A stretch of 34,380 bases of DNA from Octopus bimaculoides (taxonomy: Eukaryota): positions 48,762,215 to 48,796,594 of the forward strand of contig NC_068988.1 in the NCBI RefSeq assembly GCF_001194135.2. Reading direction: 5' to 3'. How positions within the stretch are numbered: the stretch's first letter is position 1; every line of letters starts with the position of its first letter. Positions 1 to 11,997 of the stretch are shown here, in pieces. The notes below the pieces were generated by a model, which worked only from the letters and a program-made list of their open reading frames with translations, was not told where the DNA came from and searched no databases. The position numbers and the translations under genes were made by a program.

Positions 1-165
1 ATACTTCTGCATACCTGTACATACATATATGTGCGCGTATATATATGAATATATGTATGTATGAATGCATATATCAAGGTGTACATGTGTGTGTATGTGT
101 GTATACGTGTCAGTACATACGCACACAGATATGCAGATAGAAAGAGATAGATAGACAGATAGATT

Positions 166-207
<42 letters not shown>

Positions 208-319
208 CAGACAGACAAACAGATATGTGGAGGTATGTATCTATATAATAGTTACAAGGAATTGAAAAATCATAAATAGAAGTACAGCATAGAAGGAAAA
301 AAAAACAAGAAAAAAGCAA
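1..319. repeat. Copy of 444-762, separated from it by a 10-N gap (320-329); probable scaffolding artefact
   Basis: 1-319 (ATACTTCTGC...AAAAAAGCAA) reads identically to 444-762, including microsatellite length, and stops exactly at the gap. Confidence 0.85.
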
Positions 320-608
320 NNNNNNNNNNGTGTGTATATATACATATGTGTATATATATATACATATCCATATATATGTGCGTATGTATGTATATTCAGA
401 TATGCATGTATGTCAATTTATATGAAAATGAATAAACACACATATACTTCTGCATACCTGTACATACATATATGTGCGCGTATATATATGAATATATGTA
501 TGTATGAATGCATATATCAAGGTGTACATGTGTGTGTATGTGTGTATACGTGTCAGTACATACGCACACAGATATGCAGATAGAAAGAGATAGATAGACA
601 GATAGATT

Positions 609-650
<42 letters not shown>

Positions 651-1126
651 CAGACAGACAAACAGATATGTGGAGGTATGTATCTATATAATAGTTACAA
701 GGAATTGAAAAATCATAAATAGAAGTACAGCATAGAAGGAAAAAAAAACAAGAAAAAAGCAACGGATATGTGAAATTATAATTAGGGGTTCCAAAATGAT
801 AAGTAATACATGAAGAGTCAGTACAAACATAAATCATCAGAAAAGAGATTAAAATAAAATACAATATAAAACTATATAAAATAACCCCCCAAAATTGTAG
901 AAATAGAATTTCATGCGATAGAACAACTGTTTCCTTAGATTCTAAAATTACCGAAAATTAGAACCATTTGACAAATTTGTAAGGTGATATCTTTAATATA
1001 ATGAGTTGCTACCTTGAACTTATGTAAAATTTTTGTAGTAATTGGCAGTGAAATATAAGACGTACGTAAACCGTCTTTCATGTCTGCTTATACAGACTCA
1101 CATACACTCACACACATGTACATGTT

Positions 1127-1188
<62 letters not shown>

Positions 1189-1539
1189 CAGACAGACAAA
1201 CAGGAAGACAGACAGACAGTCAGACGGATGGAGAGACAGACAGGTATATATATTGATGTATTGAGAGATAACTAGATAGATAGATAGATGGAGAGTTAGA
1301 TAAATAATGTACGTATGTATGTATTTCTGTAGGTAGGTAGGTAGGTAGGTAGGTAGGTAGGTAGGTAGGTAGGTAGGTAGGTAGGTAGGTAGACAAATAG
1401 GTAAGTAGACAGATAGGTAGATAGACAGATAGGTAGATAGATAGACAGACCGACAGACAGACATACAGACAGACAGACAGACAGACAGACAGATAGAGAG
1501 AGAAAAAATAGACAGATAAAAGATAGATAGTTAGATACA

Positions 1540-1570
<31 letters not shown>
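1127..1570. repeat. Compound tetranucleotide microsatellite (GATA)n/(GACA)n/(GGTA)n/(TACA)n
   Basis: Directly visible; pure GGTA run ~1329-1391. Confidence 0.95.
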
Positions 1571-1575
<5 letters not shown>

Positions 1576-1726
1576 TTTATTCAAACATACATACATACAT
1601 ACATAGGTAAACGGGTAGAACGTTAGATTGATGCATATAGATATAGTTGCATAGACAAAAATATGCCGTTGGGGAGCACTTGTGTTTGTCTCTCATTGTT
1701 TAAAAAGATATCAAGAGATAGAAATG

Positions 1727-1791
1727 GAGAGAGAGGGGGAGGGGATGATAGTGAGGGAGAGAAAGAGGAAGCGAGAGAGAGAAAGAGAGAA

Positions 1792-1823
<32 letters not shown>

Positions 1824-1870
1824 TTAGGGACAGTGGGAGAGAGAGGGAGAGTGAGAGAGAGAGAGTGCGG
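1727..1870. repeat. Imperfect (GA)n microsatellite
   Basis: Directly visible; source of the RERERE/SLSLSL ORFs. Confidence 0.9.
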
Positions 1871-2430
1871 GAATGAGAAAAATTTGTGAGAAAGATGGGG
1901 ATAGTGATGTCAGGAAGAAAGAGGTACAGATTTAGAAATACATGCAAGTATGCTTGTGTACTAATATGAATACACACACACACACATACACACACACATA
2001 CACAAATACACATGCATGCACGTATATATGTGTGTGTGTGTGTACGTGTGTCCCTGTCTCTATCACTCTCACTCTCTCTTTCTCTGTATACATATATGTA
2101 TATATATATATATATATATNNNNNNNNNNNNNNNNNNNNNNNNNNNNNNNNNNNNNNNNNNNNNNNNNNNNNNNNNNNNNNNNNNNNNNNNNNNNNNNNN
2201 NNNNNNNNNNNNNNNNNNNNNNNNNNNNNNNNNNNNNNNNNNNNNNNNNNNNNNNNNNNNNNNNNNNNNNNNNNNNNNNNNNNNNNNNNNNNNNNNNNNN
2301 NNNNNNNNNNNNNNNNNNNNNNNNNNNNNNNNNNNNNNNNNNNNNNNNNNNNNNNNNNNNNNNNNNNNNNNNNNNNNNNNNNNNNNNNNNNNNNNNNNNN
2401 NNNNNNNNNNNNNNNNNNNNNNNNNNNNNN

Positions 2431-2481
<51 letters not shown>

Positions 2482-2743
2482 ATATATATATGATGTGTGT
2501 ATGCTTGTATGTATGTGTATGTATGTATACACGTGTATTATCAAATATACGTGCTGTAATAACTAATGTATACTAGGATATATACCAAACGAAACCAAAT
2601 ATTATTATGGCTATTAACCAGGCCTTATACCTGTAATAAAATGGATTATTATGGTTATTTTCATTTCTCATAATAAGTATTGACGATGATAGTAATGATG
2701 ATGTGGAGGAAGAAGAGGAGGAGGAGGAATAGTAAAGGAAGGG

Positions 2744-2864
2744 GACGACGACGACGACGAAGAAGAAGAAGGAGAAGAAGAAGAAGAAGAAGAAGAAGAA
2801 GAAGAAGAAGAAGAAGAAGAAGAAGAAGAAGAAGAAGAAGAAGAAGAAGAAGAAGAAGAAGAAG

Positions 2865-2893
<29 letters not shown>
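2744..2893. repeat. (GAC)n-(GAA)n microsatellite
   Basis: Directly visible; source of the poly-R/poly-F ORFs. Confidence 0.95.
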
Positions 2894-2895
<2 letters not shown>

Positions 2896-3902
2896 GCAAT
2901 ATCAACAAGAAGAATAATGATTGCCGTGTATGGATATATATTTGTGAAGGTAATGATGCATGGTTAATTTTGGTATCGAGCTCCCGAAGTTATATATTTC
3001 GAGATTTTCAAGACATTTTCCAATTGCCTCCCATAATGGTTGTGGGGAATTCGCAAATGCGTATACAATTATATGAAATGTTTGAACAAATTTATGTTTA
3101 AGTATGTATGTGTATGTGTGCGCGTGTGTGTGTGTGTGTGTTATCCTTTAATGTACACAGAAGGAGGTAGAAGTGGAGGTAGAGGAGGAGGTAGAGTAGG
3201 AAGTAGAGGAAGAGCAACTAATAATTTCTTCCTTAGGAGATGTGGGTCCAGTCAGGCTTTTATAACACCCATTGTGGCTCCAAGCAAGCTGTAAGCTTTG
3301 AGCACATGGTCTATTCCATTTGCAAATCAGAGTGCTGGTACGAAAGAAACCCCAAAAAAAAAAGAAATAAGAAGTAGATACGTGCAAAAATTGGAAATAT
3401 GGACAAAGTGTGGAAGTGTGGGGAAAAGAAAATAATGAAAGAGAGAAAATTAGACGTATGTCCGCTTCGACCGTAAAGCCATAATTAAGCTATTTGTTGT
3501 AGTGTAATTCAACGGAGAGCCCAAATTGTGCGGGAGAGATGATTCATCTGGAAAGGCTTTCTGCTTACCAGTTGGTCAAAGAAATTCATCCATATGTCTG
3601 CATTTACTGAAAATGTCGGATCTGAAATTCGTAGATCTAAAAAGAACATGCAGCGCATAATCTGCATTTCTTAGAAATGGTCTTCTCTACGATTTTTCAC
3701 TTGATTGTATGTTGTGTGTAGTTGGTCCCCAAACATCGAACGTGACTAGCCAGCGTACAGATTTTACCTGTTCGGTGTGCCGGAAAGAAGATAGGTGGTT
3801 TGCATAACGTATCTTCTTTCAGGTATAGCATATTCGAATCAATTCCAGCGTCTACACTTAATTATGATTTAACTCCACACACATCTGTTTATCTATCTAT
3901 CT

Positions 3903-3943
<41 letters not shown>

Positions 3944-4324
3944 NNNNNNNNNNNNNNNNNNNNNNNNNNNNNNNNNNNNNNNNNNNNNNNNNNNNNNNNN
4001 NNNNNNNNNNNNNNNNNNNNNNNNNNNNNNNATATATATGATCCGTGTTTAGTAGAAGCAACTCCAATGAACTTGAAGGAATGAGAATAGGGCAACATTC
4101 AGACAAATGACCCGGTGAACTAGTGAGTCACATGGTCCAAACACAAGGATGATACACACACAGAAACTTAATATCCGCATGTGTATTCTTAGTTTGTTTT
4201 TTCATCATTTATAATTTTAATCTGAACCTTGAGTTTTATTGGGTCTGATGTCTATACATATATTTTCATTTCCAAATGTATTTTAGACAACTAATTAAAA
4301 GTTTCACGTATGATACTTAGGTTA

Positions 4325-5336
4325 ATTTGAACAGAATGAGTATGGAGATGGTTAGTTAAATCAGCATTTGACCTGGCTGCAAAATCACAATTGGAGCAGT
4401 GCTAGTTTACATGATTATTCGTATTTTTATAATTTTGCTTTCTGTTTTCATACAACCTGTTGTGATGATTGACACTGTGTGCTTCATATTTTACTAGTCC
4501 TATACTCCATAGTTTCCTCCAGTCATTTTCGTGTTTTGCAATAGTCTCCCATTTATTACCTTTTATGTTGAGGCGTTTTAGATTATTCCTAAATGTGTCT
4601 TTATACTGAAGTAGTGGTCTGTCGAACTTACGTCGCGAGTTTTTTAGTTGTTCATAAAAAACATACTTTGGAATACTACCATCAATCATTCCAAAACATG
4701 ACCACACTACCCCAGTTGTGTTGTGATTAAAAAGTTTCTGTGCCAGAGACATTACATAGACAAAATATCAGTGTTCCTCACTTTATCATCCTATTTTATT
4801 TTGCATATTTCTTTCATGAATCTCATATAAAACCTGTTTAACTGAAAATATGGTTTCAGTTTGAATCTATGCCTCAGTACCATAGAAATTCTAATTTTGA
4901 TTTCAGTAGAGACATCTTGGTCATTCCAGTTTCTATTGCAGTTTGCCAAAAGCGTAACTTACTTTGCCTACATGTGTTTCAATTTAGTTTCTTTATCATG
5001 CTAAGCATCGTTTGTTCCGGTTGATCCAACAGATCTGAAAGAACTAACTTTTTTAGAGTTTTTCCTTCTACAAACGCTCTCGGTGTAATCTTTGTACCAT
5101 TGTCGGGACATGGGTGAAAGCAGATTTCGGTCCCTGCAAATAGTAAGTCACAGTTTGAAAGCATATTCTTGTTTTAGACTTAAACCGTTGCTGATTGTAA
5201 TCTCCTCCAGTGGTACAATATTCCACAGGAACATCTACAACAGCAGCAAAACTATTATCTAGCATGACTCCGAAAAGCAAAGCTGTTGGGCTCCAGATCA
5301 TTGTTGGGTTCAAAAACACTGTTGGGTTCCAGATCA
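4325..5336 (-). mobile_element. 5'-truncated, decayed RTE/BovB-like LINE (RT C-terminal half to ORF end)
   Basis: Minus-strand translation across frameshifts/stops gives, in order: PTALLFGVMLD..FKSKTRI, DLLFA(DD), GKVSYAFGKL, QLNRFYMRF..KIK*DDKVRNTDIL, IPKYVFYEQL..RP.LQYKD..NNLK..I...WE.IA....WR, and a terminal C-x2-C..H-x3-H motif (HCSNCDFAARSNADLTNHLHTH), as in RTE-clade ORF2. Confidence 0.85.
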
Positions 5337-5950
5337 AAGCCGGAATTCCTCAGATGTAGAAAATCCAAGTTTCACGACGATTACACTGTTAAGTAAGTTT
5401 AGTGAAGAGAAAAAAATCCGAATGAGAAGAAAAAGACGAAGAAAATCCTTTATCACATCTTTAACGATTCATTACAAAAGTTACTGTACCATCACTAATT
5501 GCAACGCCAGTTTACGCGAAATTTCGAAATGAAAATTTATGCAATGTTTGTGTTTTTAGAATTTCATGATACTTGCATCAAAGGTGTGCCGTCACATTGT
5601 GAGTTGGTACAGTTGGCAAATAAACTTGGTAGAGAAACAATTGTAACGAATCATTAGTATTCGGTTGAAGTAAGTACTTAAATTGAGGCACCTTGTTAGA
5701 TCGATCTAACAAAATATCAGGTTAATATCAAACTGTGTGCAGAAGTGTTTGTGCTTGATATTCTTGCAGTGTATGCAGATAACACGACCCAACTTAATGA
5801 GGAGATCCGCTTTTGGTTTTTCAGACATGTACTTTATATGAAAATACAAAAATACTTTTATTAAATTTCCGAAGTACAGATTCCAGGGCAAGTGAATAAA
5901 AAATAAATTAGCTACAAAGATGTCAATAAATTTGTAACAAATGTATCAAT

Positions 5951-6037
5951 TCATAACGGCCGTTTCAAGCGATTCCTTTATCTGACCAATGAAGACATTA
6001 CGTTATTGCAAAGAAACCGTTTTCATCAGATGACTGC
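5951..6037 (-). ncRNA. Putative type I hammerhead ribozyme (minimal/dimer-type stem III)
   Basis: Minus strand: stem I UCAU, CUGAUGA (6029-6023), stem II AAACGGUUUCUUUG/UAAAGGAAUCGCUU (13 of 14 paired, 3 G-U), GAAA (5966-5963), CGGCCG, UU, then AUGA. Full core, palindromic ACGGCCGU, predicted cleavage after GUU (5955/5954). Confidence 0.6.
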
Positions 6038-6431
6038 ATAGACATCAAGCACAAACGACAAAATAACTGCTTTAATATTCGTATCACCAATGGGGCTCAA
6101 ACAATTACGTTGGTTCTGCTGCTATATCTTTGGCAGAATGAGCTTAGAAAATAGTCTATGTAGTGCCGAACATACTAGAATTCAGAGGTTCGTAGAGGTT
6201 ATATACATATATATACATATATATATATATATATACATATANNNNNNNNNNNNNNNNNNNNNNNNNNNNNNNNNNNNNNNNNNNNNNNNNNNNNNNNNNN
6301 NNNNNNNNNNNNNNNNNNNNNNNNNNNNNNNNNNNNNNNNNNNNNNNNNNNNNNNNNNNNNNNNNNTATATATATATATATATACATAACGATACATAAA
6401 AAAGCTAGCTATATGCATACTTTGATAAACA

Positions 6432-6446
6432 GATAGATAGATAGAT

Positions 6447-6516
<70 letters not shown>
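6432..6516. repeat. (GATA)n microsatellite
   Basis: Directly visible. Confidence 0.95.
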
Positions 6517-6517
<1 letters not shown>

Positions 6518-7913
6518 CAGAGATAGAGTGATAGGGAGAGAGAAGGATATGAGAGTGTGTCTACTTGTGCAGTGCATTTGGATGTGCGTACATATGCTTG
6601 TGTGTGTATGTACCATCTCCTTTCATCTTTTCTTCTCCCTTGTCTTTAGTATTTTTTTTCTTTTGAGCGATTTACTTTCATGTGGTCCCTTTAGTAACAT
6701 GATTGTACATCAGTATAAAGTTTGTTCGTCTCCTCAAATCGTTGTCTGAATTTCCATGTATCATACCTTAAACACCTTCAGTTCATCACTATCATAGCTA
6801 CCTTTGTCCTACCAAAATAATGCTGTTTTTCGTTTTGCATTTATTATTCCTTTACACTCCAAGCATAATATAGCAATATATTTATCTCCCTCACACATAT
6901 CCTCAGGTGACTTTCTTTTCTGTCCAATATATTTTCTATCTCACATCAAACATTTATCATCAAATTTTAAACTTTTCTATGTATGACATTCTGTTTCTCT
7001 CAAAGACAAGTTGAACAGATAGAATTCTTTTATTCCTTTATTTCTGAATATATGCAAGTATACAGACATTAAATGGTACGAATGAATGAAAATCTATACT
7101 ATGTATTCGTGTTCGCCACTTTTAATTCTCTAACATATGTAAAATTTTTGTCTATCGGCATTTAATTTTTGAAAAAATATAAACGCGTATTCTTCACTGA
7201 TTCTTAAATTCGTCGTGAATAAATTTAACGTATTCATTTTATCATGTGGCAATTATTTTTAAACGACTTTATGTAATATAATTCTTTTAAATCTATTGAA
7301 ACTCAATAAAACGTATTATATTTAATGTTTTCCAACTTACGTAAAATTTTCCCACCGCAATGAAGGAAGTAAACCATAGATTTAGCAATGAAACCTTACA
7401 TGAATGCCACCAGAGAAATATTGAAAAGGAAAATTACCATATGTATCGACACACAAGGTGAATGGCTTATATTTCCTCTGATGTAGTTATTCTTATTATT
7501 AAGATCTTTCACTATAGTTTTATTGTAATAAGACGTTCCAACTGTGATCCTCTTGTCGTTTTATTCACACCGTGTATCTACAGCTAGATTACTTCAATTT
7601 TCATTTTTCTTTCCTTAGTTACAGTCATTTACGAATGTTATCTTACTTTCATATAAAACGATTAACACAATTGATTAGATTGTTCATAGCAATCTTCCGT
7701 TTCATATATAATCATTCACGTGAATACAACAGTATAGTTTTGCAGGGAAACGCTAGCATACAGGGCGGCTCCAGCCCAGAGATGGTTCAAGAAAAGCAAA
7801 TGTTCCATGATACCTTCCACTGTTACATCTTGAGTACTATACAAATACCTATATAAGAAAATTCAAAGAGGCCTGATTGTGTCCGTTAATTTAAGTGTTG
7901 CCAACCAATTACG

Positions 7914-7950
<37 letters not shown>

Positions 7951-8461
7951 NNNNNNNNNNNNNNNNNNNNNNNNNNNNNNNNNNNNNNNNNNNNNNNNNN
8001 NNNNNNNNNNNNNNNNNNNNNNNNNNNNNNNNNNNNNNNNNNNNNNNNNNNNNNNNNNNNNNNNNNNNNNNNNNNNNNNNNNNNNNNNNNNNNNNNNNNN
8101 NNNNNNNNNNNNNNNNNNNNNNNNNNNNNNNNNNNNNNNNNNNNNNNNNNNNNNNNNNNNNNNNNNNNNNNNNNNNNNNNNNNNNNNNNNNNNNNNNNNN
8201 NNNNNNNNNNNNNNNNNNNNNNNNNNNNNNNNNNNNNNNNNNNNNNNNNNNNNNNNNNNNNNNNNNNNNNNNNNNNNNNNNNNNNNNNNNNNNNNNNNNN
8301 NNNNNNNNNNNNNNNNNNNNNNNNNNNNNNNNNNNNNNNNNNNNNNNNNNNNNNNNNNNNNNNNNNNNNNNNNNNNNNNNNNNNNNNNNNNNNNNNNNNN
8401 NNNNNNNNNNNNNNNNNNNNNNNNNNNNNNNNNNNNNNNNNNNNNNNNNNNNTATATACAT

Positions 8462-8817
8462 ATATATATGCGAGTAAAAATAAATACACAAAAGGGTTTT
8501 TTTTTTGTATGATTGTGTATAGAGGAATATATTATTTTGTTTAAAAGAGTTCCAACACTGTCTGTTTTTTATGTTTTATTTATATTCCTGCAGAACCAAT
8601 GTGGGATATAGAATATGGAATATTACAATATATAATATAATATACAATATATAATATAAAATAAAATAAAAATGGATGGCACCATGAAATAAAGTATTGA
8701 ATGTAGACGAAATATTGAGTGTTCAATATAAAGGATCAAATATATAAATATATAAAGGCGACTCGATTTTCAGGGTTATTTCCCTTCGTCATGGCCGGAA
8801 TGACAGACTTTAACTTC

Positions 8818-8820
<3 letters not shown>
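8462..8820 (-). mobile_element. Interspersed AT-rich non-autonomous repeat; inverted relative of 20331-20640; possibly Helitron/Helentron-like
   Basis: Reverse complement of 8462-8758 aligns closely by eye with 20331-20640; both ends abut (TA)n. Class assignment is inference. Confidence 0.7.
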
Positions 8821-8853
<33 letters not shown>

Positions 8854-9074
8854 TCAATCGTCATACGTTCTTTGCTGAATCCCCCCACATACACACTCAC
8901 ATACACATACACATACATATATATACTTCACCCACTTATCTTCTACATAGAATGTTCAGCTATGATAGCATCTCCTCTCTTCCATGAGCATAATACTATC
9001 TCACTTCTCTTTCCATGAGCAAAATCCTATCTTTCCTATCATTGTTGCAGCAGTTTCTGCCACTTTTATATGTC

Positions 9075-9131
<57 letters not shown>

Positions 9132-9183
9132 CGGTGGTGGTGGTGGTGGTGGTGGTGGTGGTGGTGGTAGCAGTAGTAGTAGT
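9075..9183. repeat. Compound (TAG)n-(TGG)n microsatellite
   Basis: Directly visible; source of the poly-V/S/G/T ORFs. Confidence 0.95.
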
Positions 9184-9356
9184 GTTATTGCTGAATTTTA
9201 TTCTGAAAAAAAAACATGTACCGAGATTCAATTCGAAATCTCCGCCTCTTACATAGATATATATAGGGATAAACAATCTTCTGTGTACTGTGGTGATTAC
9301 ATGAAGTGTTCGTCTGGTATGTTGATTTTTTGTTTATTTTTATGTGTCTTGACCAT

Positions 9357-9417
9357 ACTGTACTGATGAGTAAAAGGCTCATATTACTGCAATAATTACG
9401 AAATCATGATCCGCAGT
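9357..9417 (+). ncRNA. Putative type I hammerhead ribozyme (minimal/dimer-type), partly decayed in stem I
   Basis: ACUGUA-CUGAUGA(9363-9369)-GUAA...UUAC (stem II)-GAAA(9400-9403)-UCAUGA-UC-CGCAGU. Palindromic AUCAUGAU, AUC cleavage triplet (9411/9412), stem I 5 of 6 paired. Confidence 0.55.
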
Positions 9418-10382
9418 TTAGTCTGTTTTAGGGGGCTAGCTTTGAGAGTTGCATTTCATAGCGTTCGGTAAAAATGTGTTTATTATGGTAGTTTGACCTT
9501 AGAGTCCCTCTTAGAGTGAGGCATTCATGTGTAGTAATGCTCTTACATAAATAAATATATTTTAGGGAATAAATGATGGATTTTTCCCTTATGAGGTTTT
9601 TTACGCTAGCTACTTGATAAATTCTTATAGAAGACTTTATCCTATTATTGAATTATATACATATATAAATACTAGCTTAAAACCTGCCCTATCTGGTGGA
9701 TTTTAAGGTAACTTCTGTGGAGGGCCCTTCATTGGGCCTTGAGCTCATGAAAGACACTTCATGCATTCAGTGCTAATGTATTAAACTTGACCAATATTTT
9801 TCAAGCAATGAACAATTTTCGTAAAAATAATGATATATGTCGACTTGGAACTTATTGCAAAACTTCATGATAAACATCGTTTTCTGTCCTCCCATTCAGG
9901 AGTGAATATAATTTTATTCTGTGTAACCTCTCCCTCTCTCTCCTTCAGCCTCTCTCTCTCTCTCTCTCTCTCTCTGTTGACTGCTTTCAACCATCACCAA
10001 TACCAGTAACACACCCATCCCCACTACAACTGTCACAGACCATTCAGACTTCAGACGCTACCATCATCGACACCTTTGACTTCGCCGCCTTCCTCTCCAC
10101 CAGCATCACCACTATCTTTCACATCCCTTACTATCACCGTCATTCTTCACAGCCTCAGCTACAACCACCACCACCATCATCGCCGTTACCTCCGCCTCTA
10201 TCACAACTACAGCTCATACTATTACTTTCACTCCATTACCATCTCAACTGTCATCTACTACCGCCCTCACCGTCTCTATGCCTACTGTTACTCACCCCAA
10301 CAACAATAGTAGAAGTATCATTGAATAGTGAGAGAGGGGGTCAAGGTGTGACACACCATCCCACAGAAATTCGTTTTGGCAT

Positions 10383-10403
10383 TTATTATTATTATTATTA
10401 TCA

Positions 10404-10443
<40 letters not shown>

Positions 10444-10486
10444 GATTATTATTATTATTATTATCATCATCATCACTATTATCATT
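10383..10486 (-). repeat. (TAA)n/(TGA)n tract forming the 3' tail/target of the R4/Dong-like LINE
   Basis: Directly adjoins the 3' UTR of the element. Confidence 0.85.
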
Positions 10487-11990
10487 GCCTTTGCACAGCT
10501 TCTAACACTGGAGATGTATTACAGTGTCAGCTGTTCACTACCAGTGAACTAAGGTAATGCCTCTTATTTTTCGAGCATGTTTCGGAGTATTCGAGCGGTT
10601 CCCAGAAGTGCTGTTTTCTGCAAGTGCTCCACCCTTATTGCCGCTCCTATTTGTTCCAAATATTTCTCTAGACTTTTGCTCACTGTTCCCAGGACAATTA
10701 TTGGTACTACTGCTACCTTTTTCATCGACCACAATTGCTTAACTTCACCAAGTTAACCTTTCATATCTCTCGACATTTCTTTCTTCCTTATCGCATACCT
10801 TGTTGTCAGCTGGGCATGCTGTATATATGATCCAGCATAGTTTGTTTTCTTCCTCAATTAAGACTGTGTCCGGCTTCCTATTCTCTATCTCATGGTCGCA
10901 CTGAATCTTAAAATCCCATAGGATTTTGCATTTCCATTTTCGACAATGCCTTCAGGTTTGTGGTCGTACCAATTTTTAGCTATGTCAAGTCCATACTTGT
11001 TGCAAAGTTTCCAATGGACAAGCCTGGCTAGATCATCGTGGCGTCTCTTATATTCTTTCTGGGCTAGTGGCGTACATTGACTGGTAATATGCCATACGGT
11101 TTCAACGTTTTGTACACAGATTCTGCACTTATCACTTTCTGCTGTGTTGTCTATTCTGTATTTTATGTAGTTTGTTCTAAGTGCTTGTTCTTGAGCAGCA
11201 CAGATTAGAACCTCCGTTTCCGGTTTTAAATCACTTTTAGTCATTCACAGCCATCTTTTTTCTCTGTCTGTCTTGTCTTCAACATGCTTATGAAATTGAC
11301 TATGCATTCTTTTCTTTACCCACCTATTTTCAGTTTCATTCGTTTTCAATTTCTTGTGTAGTGCTTTGTCTGCATTTTTTCATGCTACACAAGCCTGACC
11401 TTAATTCTAATTATAGCGATTCTGTGGCATTTTTTACATAGCATGCTATGTTGTTTTCTTCTGATCTAATGCTGTGTTCGCATCCAATAAGTCCTCTTCC
11501 CCCTCTTTATCTTGGTAACAACAGTCTGTGTCACTTTTTGAGTGGAGTGACCCATATCTAGTTAGCAACTTCCTTGTCTTTCTGTCTAAGCTGTTTAGTT
11601 CGTCTACTGTCCATGCGATTACCCCAGCTCCATATCTAAGGAGTGAAACTGCCCAGGTGTTGATAGCTTCGATCTTATTCCGTCCATTCAAATTCGACTT
11701 TAGGATCAGTCTCAGTCAGCGCAAGTGTTCCACTTTAAATTTTTCTGTCCATGCTTTCTCCATCAATTTATCCATTTCCAAAATCCCCAAATACTTATAG
11801 CCCGTCTCTTCTATCTGCTTCATAACCTCCTCCGACGGTAACGTTAGCCCGTCCATATATTTGATTTTGCCTCTTTTCAATACTAACACACCACATTTTC
11901 TCAGTCCGAAGTCTATTCCGATATTAGCACTGAAGGTATCAACGAGGGAACTGACTTGGGCTTCATCTTTACCATAAATTTTTATGTCAT
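10487..11990 (-). mobile_element. 5'-truncated R4/Dong-clade (RLE-type) non-LTR retrotransposon pseudogene
   Basis: Frameshifted minus-strand ORF: (D)DIKIYGK..DFGLRKCGVLVLKRGK, YKYLGILE, NGRNKIEAINTWAVSLLRYGAG, ICAAQEQALRTN, CCHC knuckle CRICVQNVETVWHITSQC, YKRRHD, WDFKIQCDHEIENRKPD, LQKTALLGTARILRNMLEK* (stop 10564-10566), ~78-nt 3' UTR. Confidence 0.92.
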
Positions 11991-11997
11991 TCTTCTT

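Noticed and set aside
5354-5598. Two 39-nt plus-strand micro-exon candidates (5354-5392 and ~5560-5598)
   Set aside because: Joined peptide is unrecognisable, one acceptor is weak, and such signals are frequent by chance
7700-7850. Minus-strand AG-flanked ORF YLYSTQDVTVEGIMEHLLFLNHLWAGAALYAS as a host exon
   Set aside because: Plus strand resembles a decayed Tc1/maT QDGAPAH..MVQE segment, which would explain the GC content; donor is weak; neither reading is supportable
9980-10310. Thr/Pro/His-rich mucin-like reading
   Set aside because: Degenerate ACC/CAT trinucleotide sequence; the Thr-rich phase shifts frame and there are no splice signals
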